A DNA stretch of 63,017 nucleotides, the filler included, from Octopus bimaculoides (lineage: Eukaryota), in assembly GCF_001194135.2 (NCBI RefSeq). It is 5 parts of 4 records of this genome, joined end to end, with 100 filler letters (N's around TTAATTAATTAA, not from the genome) between each part and the next. Parts side by side here need not be neighbours in the genome. Positions count along the whole stretch, not along the records: positions 1 to 14,683 come from NC_068983.1; positions 14,784 to 34,386 come from NC_068983.1; 3 more parts are not named here. One strand, given 5' to 3'. Within the stretch, counting starts at the first letter, position 1, and each line of letters starts with the position of its first letter. A program made the translations under genes and the position numbers. The notes under the pieces are model-generated. The model was not told the origin of the DNA, made no database searches, and was given only the letters and a program-made list of their open reading frames with translations. Below, one piece after another: positions 12,690 to 25,650 of the stretch.

Positions 12690-12725
<36 letters not shown>

Positions 12726-12802
12726 ACGCTCTCTCTCTCCCTTATTTTTAAATTATCTATCTATCGGTCTGCCTGTCTGCCTATCTCTCTCTCTCTCTCT
12801 AA

Positions 12803-12844
<42 letters not shown>

Positions 12845-12855
12845 GTCTGTCTATC

Positions 12856-12886
<31 letters not shown>

Positions 12887-12889
12887 CTC

Positions 12890-14683
12890 ACATCCACAGA
12901 AAACAAAAACACCAACACAGAACCCCACAACAATGTTGACAGCGATAAACACAAACAATCCAGACCTAATGAAATTCATTAGGTCAAACACTAACATAAC
13001 AGAAAATGACACGAAAACAAGCAATCACCTACGAACAACACCACCACAGCACATCTAAATCATACACGTAACACGTAGCACTTACAATACACTGAAATCT
13101 CTCTACCCGGATGCAGTAGGGAGATTCCAGAAATATTCATCTAAAAAACTGTACAAAGACCTTCTGAGAGAAGACTGTGAGGCGAAGAACCAAGAACCTT
13201 CGGACAGCAAGTTACTCTCTCTCGCTCCTTTCGTGTGTAAAACACAAATTTTGATAGGATCCTGCTCAAAATAGGCAGTATAAATGTACGTGGCTTGGGT
13301 CACCTTAGAAACAAGGGTATCTGTTAAACGACATCAAGTCACAAAATCTGCATGTCATAGCCATCAGCGGACCAGACTCCACAGCCCGCGGGCCCTCCAG
13401 CACATGTTCGGTGGACATTTCAACATTTCTTTTTCTCCGTGTCTGCCGAGAATGGGCGGAGGAGGCACCGCGGTGCTTCTTCGGAAGAGTTTGGACCTCA
13501 AAGTAAAAGCAATTTTCCTAGACCCGGAGGGTAGGCTGGTCGTCTTGGATGTCGACGGCAGCAATGGGAGTGCTTTTCGATTGATAACAGTTTATGCACC
13601 GTTTTTAACAGGCCGGCCAGATTTCTATCGACGTCTAGAGGTTTTCTTAGGAACGTCTCGACGTTTACTTTTAGTGGGGGATTGGAACGCTACCCTGAAC
13701 ACGCATCTAGATTACGCAGGCAGCGATAGCAATAGAATGGGATGCAAAAGCCTCAAAGACCTGCTCAGACGTTTCCAACTGTCTGACAGGTACCGACTGG
13801 ACCACCCGAATGTGCCAATGTGGACATGGAGTAACCGCATCGGGTCGTCCAGATCGTACTTAGATAGGGTATTCTGTAGGACAGTGGATAAGGATAGAGT
13901 AGGTTGTCCACAATTCCACATAGTCAGCTACACAGACCATAAATTTGGCACTTGTACGCTTGACTTAGATAAGACACATAGACAGGGTCGCGGTTACTGG
14001 AAGCTGAACGCGTCGTTCATGGCACGCCAGGCTTACAGGGACCGGATTAGCACTTTAGTTAAGAGAGCATTAACGGGTGCCATCATCAATAACAGATGGT
14101 GGTATGCCCTCAAAAAAGCAATCAAGTCAGAATCTGTTAGGTACAGTAAAGCCCTAGTGTTAGACCGAAATAGAATAGAGAGAGACCTAGTTAAGAAATT
14201 AGAAGAGGCACTTAGTACTGGCATCGCGTCCAACGTACTGTCGGATAGGTTGGCCCTCGACCAACACTTCAACGCCAAACACGAAGGATGCGTTGTCAGA
14301 GCTAGGATGCGTGCTCTGAGGGACGAGGGAGTTGGAGCGGCCCGAGAGGCCCGAGTAGCGGAGGCGCAACGAGGCAACAGAGCCACCATTAGGTCTCTGA
14401 CCGATGAAGAAGGGCGCGAATTACTCGAGCCTGAAAGGATGTGCGAGGCCTTTCAACAGCACTTTGCCCGACTGTTCGGGACAACTGGTGGGTCAGAACG
14501 CAGAGTAGACTTTACTACCTACGGCATGGCCTCAGCAAGAGAGGCGGAGTGTTGTGAAAGACCCATCACAGCCGCGGACGTACGGGATATGATGGCAGGC
14601 TGCAAGGGAGACAAGTCGCCAGGCTTGGATGGTCTGCACTACAAACTTTATTGTCATATGCCAGATTTGTTTGGAGACGTCTT
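12890..14683 (+). mobile_element. Tx1/L1-clade non-LTR retrotransposon: probable ORF1 tail plus ORF2 (APE endonuclease and start of RT), cut by an assembly gap
   Basis: LKIGSINVRGL at 13265, then GGTAVLL, GRLVVLDV, VYAP, LVGDWNATL, WTWSN..SYLDRVF, TDHK, GYWKLNAS and KSPGLDGL. Two apparent 1-nt deletions near the N-terminus break the frame. Confidence 0.95.
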
Positions 14684-14727
14684 NNNNNNNNNNNNNNNNN
14701 NNNNNNNNNNNNNNNNNNNNNNNNNNN

Positions 14728-14739
14728 TTAATTAATTAA
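14728..14739. other. Assembly spacer TTAATTAATTAA inside 44N+12+44N gaps (also 34431-34442, 55309-55320, 59320-59331)
   Basis: An identical 12-mer is centred in four 100-bp gaps and puts stops in all six frames. It is artificial. Confidence 0.95.
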
Positions 14740-14798
14740 NNNNNNNNNNNNNNNNNNNNNNNNNNNNNNNNNNNNNNNNNNNNGTGGCAATATACTAC

Positions 14799-14833
<35 letters not shown>

Positions 14834-15989
14834 CTTATGGACAGTTTAACATTTTTCGTAAATAAATGTATTTTCGACAACTGTCACGTCTCAAGAGTTG
14901 GATTATTCTAGATTAAGAACATTTAAAATATTAGCATTGTAAATATATTCTTTAAAACACGCATTAAGGTCATCTCTACAGATTTTCTATGGAAATTATA
15001 GCTGGCACTGATTTTATTACGTTTTCTATCCGGGACGTCAGATGTATATAAAAAAAAATCCGGTAGATGAAGGGAAATCACTCTAAAAAAATTACCTAGA
15101 TTACCTCCCTTTAAAAAATGATTAACGCTAACCGCATGACCGGTTCTTGAGCAGGATCTATGATTAACGTTCTAGTCGTGATCATTACGTTCCTTTTCCA
15201 GACTTACTGTATTACACGAGTCTTTCAATTCTAAGATAGTAGGGATTTGTGAGAAATTTGGCTGCTGTTTCAGGTAGATTGAGCAACCACCAAGACATCA
15301 TTCCACTGACTTGTTGCTGCTATAGAAGCTTATATGTCTCAACAGGTTCCTCTACACCCACTCAGCTCATTTTAAATTCATGAAACAACTTTCTCTTAGA
15401 TGTTTATGCGTAACCATTTCAATGCATGAGAAAATAATAGAAAAAACATGATACATTGGAGATAAAATGAATTGATTTCAAGAAAGTGTATACAGAAATA
15501 ATAATCTGTAATTGGGTATAGAATAAAACAAAAACTGAATAAAAGAACAGCCTAATGTCAAAGATAAAGTGTTGAATGCAAGATCACCAAAGCTGTTAGA
15601 AGACTACAGGATCAAAAAGTAGGGAAGTGAAACACAACACAGGAATGAAGGAGACTTTATTAAAGCTATAGGAAAGGAAATATATCAAAGGGAAAGGAGA
15701 ACTAGTTGGTATCTACAGGATTAAGGGAAATTTTATCAACAGAAAGCTATGATCCAGTTTCTGAAAGGTTGCTAAATCAGTCTGATATTTCTGCAGATCT
15801 AATTCCAGCCCAGCAATTTTTGATGGGGATCAGTTAAAATGGTGAGGAGTGGCAAAATTTTATTGATTATCTAGCTTTGGATGCTGATGATTTGGCATGA
15901 CTTATTGGAAATTTAATCTGTTTTGGCGATACTGTATATTAGCACTGGAGGCACACACACACACACACACACATGTAGAAATATACATA

Positions 15990-16500
15990 TACCAACACTT
16001 ATGAGCCTGCAAGATTAGGTATGCTCAACTGGAGTGGAGTTGCAAGAGATGAACCTGTATGCAAGGGCCACCATGTTTTTACTTAGCTTGATGTGTCTTC
16101 TCAAGCACAGCAAACCACCAAGAGTCTTGATCTCCTGTCATCCTCTCTGTGAGTCCCAACGTTTGTACATCCTTTCTCACTACTTCATCCCACATTTTTT
16201 TGGGTCTACCCCTTCCACATGTTCCTTCTACAATTAGAAATCAGTACCCCTTGATGCAACTGTCCTTGTTCATACACATTACATGGCCATACCAGCACAA
16301 TCTTCTCTCTTGCACACTACATTTGATGCTATGTATACCCAGTTTTTCTCTCAAATCACTCTCACTCTGTCGTATATGCACACTGACATTACTCATCCAG
16401 TGAAGCATACTGGCTTCATTTCTTTCAAGTCTTTATATATCCTCAGTAGTCACAGCCCATGTCTCACTGCCATGTAGCATAGCTGTCCGTACACAAGCAA
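15990..16500 (-). mobile_element. RTE-clade LINE, 5'-truncated 3' fragment
   Basis: ACVRTAMLHGSETWAVTTEDI*RLERNEASMLHWM...LREKLGI..VQERRLCWYGHVM...GRGRPKKMWDEVVRKD...AVLEKTHQAK* (16079-16500), with 2 in-frame stops. Confidence 0.9.
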
Positions 16501-16528
16501 GCTGTCCATAGTATACTTCTTGTTTATA

Positions 16529-16771
16529 AATAAATAAATGCGCCCTTTTAAAGCCAAGCCAGGCTCATGGGCCTGGTTTCCCGGTTTCAATGGCGTATGT
16601 GTTCCCCAGCTGGACGGGACGCCAGTCCATCGCAGCGTTACTCATTTTTGCCAGATGAGTGAACTGAAGTGTTTTGCTCAAGAACACAACGTGTTGCCCG
16701 GTCCAGGAATCGAAACCACAATCTTACGATCATGATGCTGACACCCTAACCACTAAGCCACACGGCTCCAC
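16529..16771 (-). mobile_element. SINE family A (tRNA-derived), complete with 14-bp TSD
   Basis: A box TGGCTTAGTGG and B box GTTTCGATTCC. TSD ACTTCTTGTTTATA at 16515-16528 and 16772-16785. Confidence 0.92.
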
Positions 16772-16799
16772 ACTTCTTGTTTATATGTAACATTATTGT

Positions 16800-17600
16800 A
16801 GCAGATGGTTTTATCCTGCTGCTCTAGATATCTGGTGATACCTCTCTTGATCTGTGTGAATACTGAGATTTTCAAATTGGGTGGTCCTTTAGGAGTTATG
16901 AAACTTGCTCTTGAGGATTGCACCAAAACATTTGGGGATGGAAGATTATCTATTTTGTTTTCTCTATAATGAATAGCATAGAATTATATTTGGAGTTGAT
17001 ATGGTCTGGTAAGACTTTGACAAATTCTTCAAATGTGTCTACCACATAACTGAACCAAACTGTGGATTTTAAATTTAAACTTCTCAGAACTATGTCTTTA
17101 AAGTGTCTCAAGTATTAACTATTATTGATAATAAGGAAGAACCCACAGAAGATTCCTTTCCATGAGTTAGAAAACAATTGTTCTTACAGTGCCAGTATTT
17201 CTGTAAATACGAGTGGTATTTGTTTGAGAATTTTTTTGTTTTTCAATTTGTTGTTGGTAACTAATGACACATAGTCAATTAGAAACAATTATGAAAAGGT
17301 TATTTCCATCAGAGATTATCATCTGACAGGATGTGAGTAACCAATCTAGAATGAATTCCACAAAATATGCAGAATTTTAAACAAATAAGTCAATTTTAAT
17401 TAAGAGAGGAAACATTGTGGTTACTAGAACGCAGCAAACATAATGGTAACATGACTAATAATTAATGCATTTTGATATGATAATTCTCTAGTGATGCCAA
17501 GGTTGTCTACATGTTATTTATCAAAAAGAAGCTCTGTGTTCTTTTTCAATATGCATCGCAACATACACTCTTGAAGACGGTTTCTTTTCTAAAGATTTGA
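16800..17600 (-). mobile_element. Heavily decayed Penelope-like (PLE) reverse transcriptase remnant
   Basis: Fragments NSAYFVEFI, MIISDGNNLFIIVS, GSSL, STVWFSYVVDTF and DHINSKYNSMLFIIEK occur in the order of the PLE RT motifs (KNSxHF, SFDVTSLFTNVP, GSPLS, WxRYVDDTF, HLNSxHPSIKFTME). Confidence 0.65.
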
Positions 17601-18859
17601 ACTGAGAGGAATGGTTGACTTCAATATATTAAAATTTTTCAATGTAGCTAATCTACCTCAATCTTCTCTAATTTCATAACATCCTTCTCATTAGAGGATA
17701 TGATTTTTAAAATATATCTTAAAACCCCTTTTACTAAAGAAAGAAAGAACGAAAGAAAAAGTTCACATTCCAAAGCATTGTAGAAAATATTACTAGTAAT
17801 ATTTAAACTGAAAGCTTTATAAGCAATATTTGACACAGCTGCATAATGCAGATTTCAGTGACTAATTCTCACAACTGAATTAATTTGTTCTTCAAGCTAC
17901 AAACTTAGAAATTGACATGTCAGTAGTTTGTATTTACTTTATAATAATGTATACCTTTGAAATAATACAAGACATCAGTAACTTGAGTAATGTATATTTC
18001 TCTCAAGATAAAATTAATTGCACATTGCCAGTACCCTTAAGCAAGAGTACCATAGAAATGAAAGTAAAATATAAAAGTGAAGCAATGAAATATACTGAAT
18101 TTCTGTATATAAACTGCCATGAGAATAACTGTATTTATATTTCTTAAATTTTTTTTCTTGCACTTTAATAATCCTCTACAATATTACAACTGGATGGTAA
18201 TGTCTGGGACAAAAGATGTGTGTGGGAAGAGGCTGCAAGGAGTAAGGGGAGAGTGAGAGATGGTTAGAGAAAGGGAATAAGTAAGAGGGCAAATATAATG
18301 AACTTGTGTTGAGGAATGATAAGTAGGAAAGAGGGGAATCTAGGTGACAACTGTAGAAATTTGTAAGGTTGAAGAATGACCAATGATACATGAGTCTGGA
18401 GGAGAAATAAAGGAGAGGCAGTGACTGACAGGGGTGGGTGAAGAGCAGCAGAATAAAAATAATAACGATAATGTGGCTGTGTCACCCTTTCCCATTGCTT
18501 ATATATTTCACGTACCAGAAATAATTACCCCTGCATCAACCAGATAATGCCAACAACAGTAATAAAAAGTCATAGCAAACACATACCAATGGTATTCGTA
18601 ATAACATTAGATATAATTATTTATATATTGATAATAGTTTAAACAGCACCTATTGTAACAAGCAGCAAGTGTCGATGACAAATTAAATGAGAGAAAAGTA
18701 ATTGTATGCTAATGTACTAACTGCTGACAAAGTACAACCGAACTTTTCATATTAAACTTTAGGTATGTATATAATGAAATACAAGTAAATACATGTGTTT
18801 GTAGTATCATATATACAGAAATTAAGTAGATTATTTTGAATTTCTATTTTACTTCTTAA

Positions 18860-19155
18860 CCTCTTAACATACCTATTTTTTTTTTCAATTTCCATGCAAA
18901 GAACATTTTTTTATTATTTATTTTGAATCTGTATATAAGGAAGAATAAGTAGATAAATTATTTTGGATCAGGTATGATTTATTATGAAGTTACTGATAGA
19001 AAATGGGAATAACATCATGAATGAAGTATTTCAGGTTAGAAATAAGTGACAGATACCTCAGGGTACAGTGAACATATATTTTCATTCAAATATATATATA
19101 TATATATTTACTAGACATCTCTGAAGGAAAATATACAAGATAATATGTTAAGAGG
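18860..19155. mobile_element. piggyBac-type MITE (296 bp)
   Basis: Perfect 12-bp TIR CCTCTTAACATA, flanked by TTAA at 18856-18859 and 19156-19159. Confidence 0.75.
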
Positions 19156-19574
19156 TTAAAAGTTTACTTTTGGTTCATTGACATTCTAAAATATGATTTA
19201 ATCATTTAGATTAAATAATGTAGACCTATGTGCCCATAAAAAAGATAGGATGGTCACAGCTGGAATGCCTTTGGTCAAGGATTTACTTTATCATAGTTGG
19301 CCTAAAGTTAAACCACAACTCTTCAAGTATGCAACAGTTTATGACTTTGTCATTTGCTCATCAGCTTTTACTATGTTTACCTCCCACTCCCCAATCCTGT
19401 CCTCATGGCCCTCTGTTTCTTTATCTTTGCTATCCAGTAGTTCCCCCATCACTCTATATACCCAGGTTTTTCACCACTCACTGCATTCCCCTCCCCACTT
19501 TCTAATCACACTTCTTTGGCAATGTCCTGCCACATATTATGGCCTTCAAACCTCAAGGGTGTGCCTTGGCACTC

Positions 19575-19690
19575 AGTCCACTCTGCTGGGTCATTGGTGT
19601 TAGGAAGGGCATCCAGTTGCAAAAATCCTGCCAAAACAGACACCAACACAAGTGCATTTTACATGGTACCAGTACTTGTAAAGGACAAGC
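19575..19690 (+). mobile_element. SINE/RTE-type 3' tail fragment
   Basis: TGGTGTTAGGAAGGGCATCCAG..AAAATCCTGCCAAAACAGAC motif, typical of RTE-associated SINE tails. Confidence 0.4.
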
Positions 19691-19798
19691 CTGTATGTGT
19701 GATTTTAATTAGCTGACCATGATTTTACTTAGCTTCACTGCACTTTTATGGAATGAAAGCTCTAAGCAGTGATGTTTATAAATACAAACATTTTGCTA

Positions 19799-20291
19799 GT
19801 TCAAATATGCCTCAAGCATATTTGAACTGATTTGGTGTGTTTACATCGTTCTGTCTACAGCAAAAAAATTTCTCCATGACAAAATACAATGAATGGCTTT
19901 CTTATGGATTCGAATATGCCTCAAGCATATTTGAAATGGTAACAAGTTTGTATTTATACACATCTCAGCTTAGTGCTTTCATTCTGTACTTTTATTTACA
20001 GTGAACCACTGATTAGTGCAACCAATCAAAGCACAATGATGGGAATATAAGACGGACCTGTCTCTTTTGTTAGTTTGCAGTGTCTGTCTTTTCAATTCCT
20101 TGTGCTGAAGATGAGATAACTACTCCAAAATGCATGCATCCACCAGTCTGGTTAGGAAACACTGTGAACTGACTCGGTCTATTTACACTTGTCTGTCTTC
20201 AGTGAGAAATTTTCTCCCTGACAAAATACAGTGAATGACTTTCTTACGGGTTTAAATGTCTCAAGCATATTTGAACTGGTAACAAGTTTGT
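19799..20291 (+). repeat. ~113-bp diverged direct repeat (period ~341) with a recurrent hairpin and a decayed hammerhead core; PLE pseudo-LTR-like
   Basis: Copies at ~19838-19951 and ~20180-20291. A perfect 12-bp hairpin GTTCAAATATGC-CTCAA-GCATATTTGAAC lies at 19799-19827, with two diverged copies. CTGAAGA-TGAG..CTC-CAAAAT at 20105-20131. Confidence 0.6.
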
Positions 20292-20321
20292 GCATGTATA
20301 TATATATATTATCGTTTACTT

Positions 20322-20610
20322 GTTACAGTCATTAGACTTTAGACTGCAGCCATGCTAGGGCACTGCTTTGAGGAAATTTTAGTCAAATGAATTGACCCCA
20401 GTACTTACTTTATAAGTCTCTTTTGCCTAACTGCTAAGTTACAGGGATATAAACACACCAGCACTGGTTGTTAAGCAGCAGAAGGAGCAAACAGACACAC
20501 ACACACACACATGATGGGTTTCTTTCAGTTTCCATCTACTAAATACACTCACAAGGTGCCACACAGTGGGACTGAACCCAAAGCCAGGTTTCTTACCATG
20601 TTGGGAAACA
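20322..20610 (-). mobile_element. SINE family B, degenerate
   Basis: GGGTTTCTTTCAGTTTCCATCTAC..CACTCACAAGG..GCCACACAGTGGGACTGAACCC with an internal (CA)n. Confidence 0.8.
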
Positions 20611-21700
20611 AATGCGTATATCAAATGATATGCTCATTTACCATCTCGGATATTTCCATGCATCCACGCTCTATTACTCAATAGCCATATTCTACGTCTA
20701 TCCGTCCGTTTTGACAAGATTTTTTTCCCCGTCTTGCTGGGGCTTTTGGTGAGTGTTTAGTTAATTAGAGAGAGAGAGAGAGAGAACAAATACAAATATA
20801 CCATTTTAGTTAGAAAAGGGGCAGAAACAAACTGTTGTTATGACAGAAAGAGGGGAAAACAAGATTGTTTGTCCCACTCTATTTTCCTTCAATAAAATTA
20901 TTCTTTTCTGCATTTCAAACAACTCAAATTTCTTGCGAAATTCCAACGATGAACTGATTTAATTAATTTAATTTTCGTGTCGTGTGTGACGGGGGAAGGG
21001 GGTTAGAAATTTGAAACTTGTAATTTTGAAAAGAATTCNNNNNNNNNNNNNNNNNNNNNNNNNNNNNNNNNNNNNNNNNNNNNNNNNNNNNNNNNNNNNN
21101 NNNNNNNNNNNNNNNNNNNNNNNNNNNNNNNNNNNNNNNNNNNNNNNNNNNNNNNNNNNNNAACAACAACAAAAAAATATCCATTATTCCGAAGGTTCGA
21201 TAAGATGTTTGAAGAACATGAACTTTCGAACAAAAGGTGGAGTTTTGGAAAAGTTCTCACAAAATTCTATATGTTGCGAAAGTGTCTGAGAATGTGTAAG
21301 AGTAAAAAAAAAAAATGCAAACATAAAATTGAAATTTAAAAAAGTATTTTTAGAATCGGAATTTCCATTGCATGAAATAGAGCAATATATAAATATGAAG
21401 TAAATAAGTAACACATACTTTCCTATGAGATATCTGCGACTTCAAAGATTACAAACTTGTAGGAAGAAATTAACTACCGTTAGATATACAACGAATAATA
21501 AACGAGAGCGATCAATGGCAAATATAGGAAATACAATTCATTTTTTTCGGAATAGTTTCACTTTCACGATGATTCTGAAATTTAAAAGCGCTTTAAATAA
21601 ATTCTAAGATGCTTTTAGCGTTATGTGAAGGAAAAGTTTTCAATTAGATTATCAAATTTGTTTATTAAAAAATACTCATGTCAAAGTGTTTAAAAGTTAC

Positions 21701-21742
21701 CTGTTTTTTTGACTGCCGGGAATCGTTCGATTGCGAGTCCAT
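21701..21742 (-). CDS. Candidate first coding exon (MDSQSNDSRQSKKQ|)
   Basis: aaaaatATGG start context and CAG|gtaact donor. No homology. Confidence 0.2.
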
Positions 21743-22193
21743 ATTTTTACAAACAAATGTGGGAAGTGAAAACAAACAGAAGGAAGATGCTAAGGGGAAG
21801 TAACTATCAATTACAAAATCTATTCTTCAGTGTTTGTCCTATAATGCAACTAAGTGCTTCGGTTTGGCTGCTGTTACCTAAACTTTTCATTGTTATTTAT
21901 GCATATGATGCAATTGCACACGAAATTACGATAGTTTACTTTCGGGGGGGTTTCCCATAAATTTCTTTTTGGCGGGCTGCTGTTACTTACTGAGCACCGG
22001 TTTTAAGACATAGAGTGAGAAAGAGAGAGAAAGAAAGAAACAGAGAATCTTCTAGAACATTCTCAGGAAAAACGAATGTTCTTTAGCACTGCTGGTGGTG
22101 GGGTACTATACGTCGGAAGACGTCAAATCATCGTGGTAAAATGCAACAGACCATTTGATACTTTTTTAGCCTTGAAATATTTCCTTTTTGGTA

Positions 22194-22249
<56 letters not shown>

Positions 22250-22269
22250 GCATGCCTCCTCCTTCTCCG

Positions 22270-23794
22270 AATTTGTTTCCTCATAATTTCCAGGAAATTT
22301 GATGTTTTTCTTTTAAATGTTCAATATATGCCTTTCAGACGGTGTAAATTACGATTATATCGGAATTTGATATGGAGTAAAAAAAAAAAAAAGCACTGCC
22401 TTNNNNNNNNNNNNNNNNNNNNNNNNNNNNNNNNNNNNNNNNNNNNNNNNNNNNNNNNNNNNNNNNNNNNNNNNNNNNNNNNNNNNNNNNNNNNNNNNNN
22501 NNNNNNNNNNNNNNNNNNNNNNNNNNNNNNNNNNNNNNNNNNNNNNNNNNNNNNNNNNNNNNNNNNNNNNNNNNNNNNNNNNNNNNNNNNNNNNNNNNNN
22601 NNNNNNNNNNNNNNNNNNNNNNNNNNNNNNNNNNNNNNNNNNNNNNNNNNNNNNNNNNNNNNNNNNNNNNNNNNNNNNNNNNNNNNNNNNNNNNNNNNNN
22701 NNNNNNNNNNNNNNNNNNNNNNNNNNNNNNNNNNNNNNNNNNNNNNNNNNNNNNNNNNNNNNNNNNNNNNNNNNNNNNNNNNNNNNNNNNNNNNNNNNNN
22801 NNNNNNNNNNNNNNNNNNNNNNNNNNNNNNNNNNNNNNNNNNNNNNNNNNNNNNNNNNNNNNNNNNNNNNNNNNNNNNNNNNNNNNNNNNNNNNNNNNNN
22901 NNNNNNNNNNNNNNNNNNNNNNNNNNNNNNNNNNNNNNNNNNNNNNNNNNNNNNNNNNNNNNNNNNNNNNNNNNNNNNNNNNNNNNNNNNNNNNNNNNNN
23001 NNNNNNNNNNNNNNNNNNNNNNNNNNNNNNNNNNNNNNNNNNNNNNNNNNNNNNNNNNNNNNNNNNNNNNNNNNNNNNNNNNNNNNNNNNNNNNNNNNNN
23101 NNNNNNNNNNNNNNNNNNNNNNNNNNNNNNNNNNNNNNNNNNNNNNNNNNNNNNNNNNNNNNNNNNNNNNNNNNNNNNNNNNNNNNNNNNNNNNNNNNNN
23201 NNNNNNNNNNNNNNNNNNNNNNNNNNNNNNNNNNNNNNNNNNNNNNNNNNNNNNNNNNNCATACATATATACGACGGGCTTCTTTCAGTTTCCGTCTACC
23301 AAATCCACTCACAAGGCTTTGGTCGGCCCGAGGCTATAGTAGAAGACACTTGCCCAAGGTGCCACGCAGTGGGACTGAACCCGGAACCATGTAGTTGGTA
23401 AGCAAGCTACTTACCACACAGCCACTCCTGCGCCTATGCTAACACACATCACAAAATGAAACTTAAAATTTCGAAAAAAAATTGTGATGTGTGTCAGTAT
23501 CTATGCGTGCGAGGCTGTCAATATGTTTTTTCACATTATATTCCGATATAATCGTAATCTACAACATCTGAAAGATATTTGTAGCAAAATTCATAAAAGG
23601 ATACTAATTTTTCTGAAAGTTATGAGGAAACAAAGCCGACTTTTGTGACTTTTCAGAAACTCCTCTGTCCACACTCGGAAAAAAAAATTTTATGACAAAT
23701 TCCGATATAATCAGAATCTGCACCATCTGAAGCATATTTGTAAAAATTTCATTTAGAAATATTGATTTTTCTGGACGTTATGAGGAAACAAATT
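22270..23794. mobile_element. Non-autonomous inverted-repeat element with a duplicated subterminal unit; interior mostly gap
   Basis: 22270-22366 is inverted relative to 23540-23636 and 23698-23794 (31/34 identity at 22333-22366 vs 23540-23573). Confidence 0.55.
23260..23438 (-). mobile_element. SINE family B, 5' half (tRNA-like head)
   Basis: Head GGCGCAGGAGTGGCTGTGTGGTAAGTAGCTTGCTTACCAA..GGTTCAGTCCC (A/B boxes). Confidence 0.9.
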
Positions 23795-24571
23795 ATGGGT
23801 CACACACGTGTGTTGATATGCCTTGTTTTTTCCCCGAAGAGTTTTTAAGAAATCATAAAAATATTTATCAAATGGCAACATTGACCTCCAGCTTAATTTT
23901 GATATTGTGTTAGAACATAGAATATTGCATTATATGCCTTGAGAAGATCTCTCATATAGATTCGCGCGCGCGCACACACACACACACATATATATATAGT
24001 TAGGTTATATTCTGTTGAGAACATAGTAGAGTACCTTTAGATTTCACCCGATGCTATCCAGCAGTAGTATTATATGTACTGCCAGATTTGCGTTGGGGCT
24101 TCTGTAGTGTGTGAATGGATAATTGAATAAGTTGGAGTCAACAAGAAGTAGTACAGAGAAACTTTTATTTTTAATAACTACAATTGTTTCCACGCAACGT
24201 AGTTCCCCAGGTTTGCAGGTATTTGGTTATGCAACCGTTTCCCTGCATTATGAGATCTTGTGTTTCCTCAAGTGAAGTATAAATATTGTTTCCGTAAACT
24301 AAAACTCTCGGCTCCAAGCGCATCCTTTCTGTCTGTCGTGGCTTGCGAGGTAGTAGTACCCACTCAGTGTATAAAAAAAAATGCGTTGTGAACCACGACA
24401 ATAAATCCGAAAGAGAAGCACACTTTAAGACTTAGAGTCAAGTTATAAAGCAGTAGAGTAATTAGATAAAGATAGTTATGACCGGTCTATGGGGTTTCCC
24501 AGGGTTTGGCGTCCATAAAGCGCTTAGCCTTACAGCGTCTCTTCAGACCTTAATGGCCGGTGGTCTATAAC

Positions 24572-24599
<28 letters not shown>

Positions 24600-24628
<29 letters not shown>

Positions 24629-24828
24629 GTGTGTGTGTTTGTGCTTGTCTCCCACCATCGTTTCACGATCAGTGCTGGTTTGTCTACGTTCCCGTAACTC
24701 GGTAAAAGAGACCGATACAATAAGTATCAGGCTTAGAAAAAGTTCTAGAGTCGATTCGTTCGACTAAACTCTTCAAGGCAGTGTCCTTGCATTGCATGGC
24801 CGCAGTCTAATATCTGAAGCAAGTGAAA
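24600..24828 (+). mobile_element. SINE family B, 3' half
   Basis: TACGTTCCCGTAACT..GAGACCGATA..AAGTA..GTCGATTCGTTCGACTAAA..GCATGGCCGCAGTC..TGAAGCAAGT. Confidence 0.75.
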
Positions 24829-25199
24829 AATAAATATTTTAGTTTAATTCCAATAAATAACATCGGCAGGTGACGATAATGACGATTGATTAAGATGTGT
24901 TGAGTGTCGCCGGCTTGAAATCATTGAATCTCAATTTAACTAAATCGATTATTTGAATATCCCAATGTTTCTAATTTTGACAATGTAACTGTGTGCGCAC
25001 GCACTCGCGCGTGTGTTTGTCCTCCACCAGTACTTGATAACTGGGTTTGGTGTGTTTACGTCCCCGTAATGTAGCACTTTATATCTATACTTAATATACT
25101 TTATGCAAAATTTTATAGAGTTTCATGCCATGGATGCTTCTCTCTCCGTCTTTTCCTCTTCCCCTTATTTTTCTCTCGCTCTTCGCCTTTTCCTTTAAC

Positions 25200-25650
25200 T
25201 AATCACGTGAAGCATTACAGCTAAGTAACGGGGCTAAGTAACGGAGTGACAAGCATAACTGCCTACGTGAACATACTTTGGCCATTCAGTATCGGATGTT
25301 ACGTAACCAATGAAGCCGTAGATTTGAAAGAAAGTTGTGTAAAATTTCCGTCTAATAGTTTTGTCGAAGGTTTTAGAATCTTTGCCAAAGTTATACAATA
25401 AGCTAAGATTTTGAAATCCACGATAGAGCGAACTCAGGCGCCACACGGAACTCTGCCCCTCGGTTCCATGATTGGTGATCTCACTTTTTTACTTGTTCTA
25501 TCTATAAACAACTATGATCATTTATCATGTAGTGACGTCATTTGGCGCCAAGGTACAGTCGCCATTACTGCGTTTTTATCCACGCATGCGTGGAATTCAA
25601 CATCTAAACGTTCCCGCTTTTTTCATTCTCTTTCTCGGCCGGCCGGCCAT
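25200..25650. promoter_or_regulatory. CpG-rich promoter-like island
   Basis: Unique sequence containing CACGTG (25204), GCTAAGTAACGG x2, TTACGTAA (25299), CCAAT (25307), ATTGG (25471), TATAAA (25503), TGACGTCA (25533) and the palindrome CCACGCATGCGTGG (25580, NRF1-like). Confidence 0.5.

Noticed and set aside
14728-14739. Recurring TTAATTAATTAA motif (four sites)
   Set aside because: It is always centred in a 44N+12+44N gap, so it is an assembler spacer rather than biology.
24171-24401. 76-aa minus-strand ORF
   Set aside because: No recognisable motif or splice support. The length is within chance.
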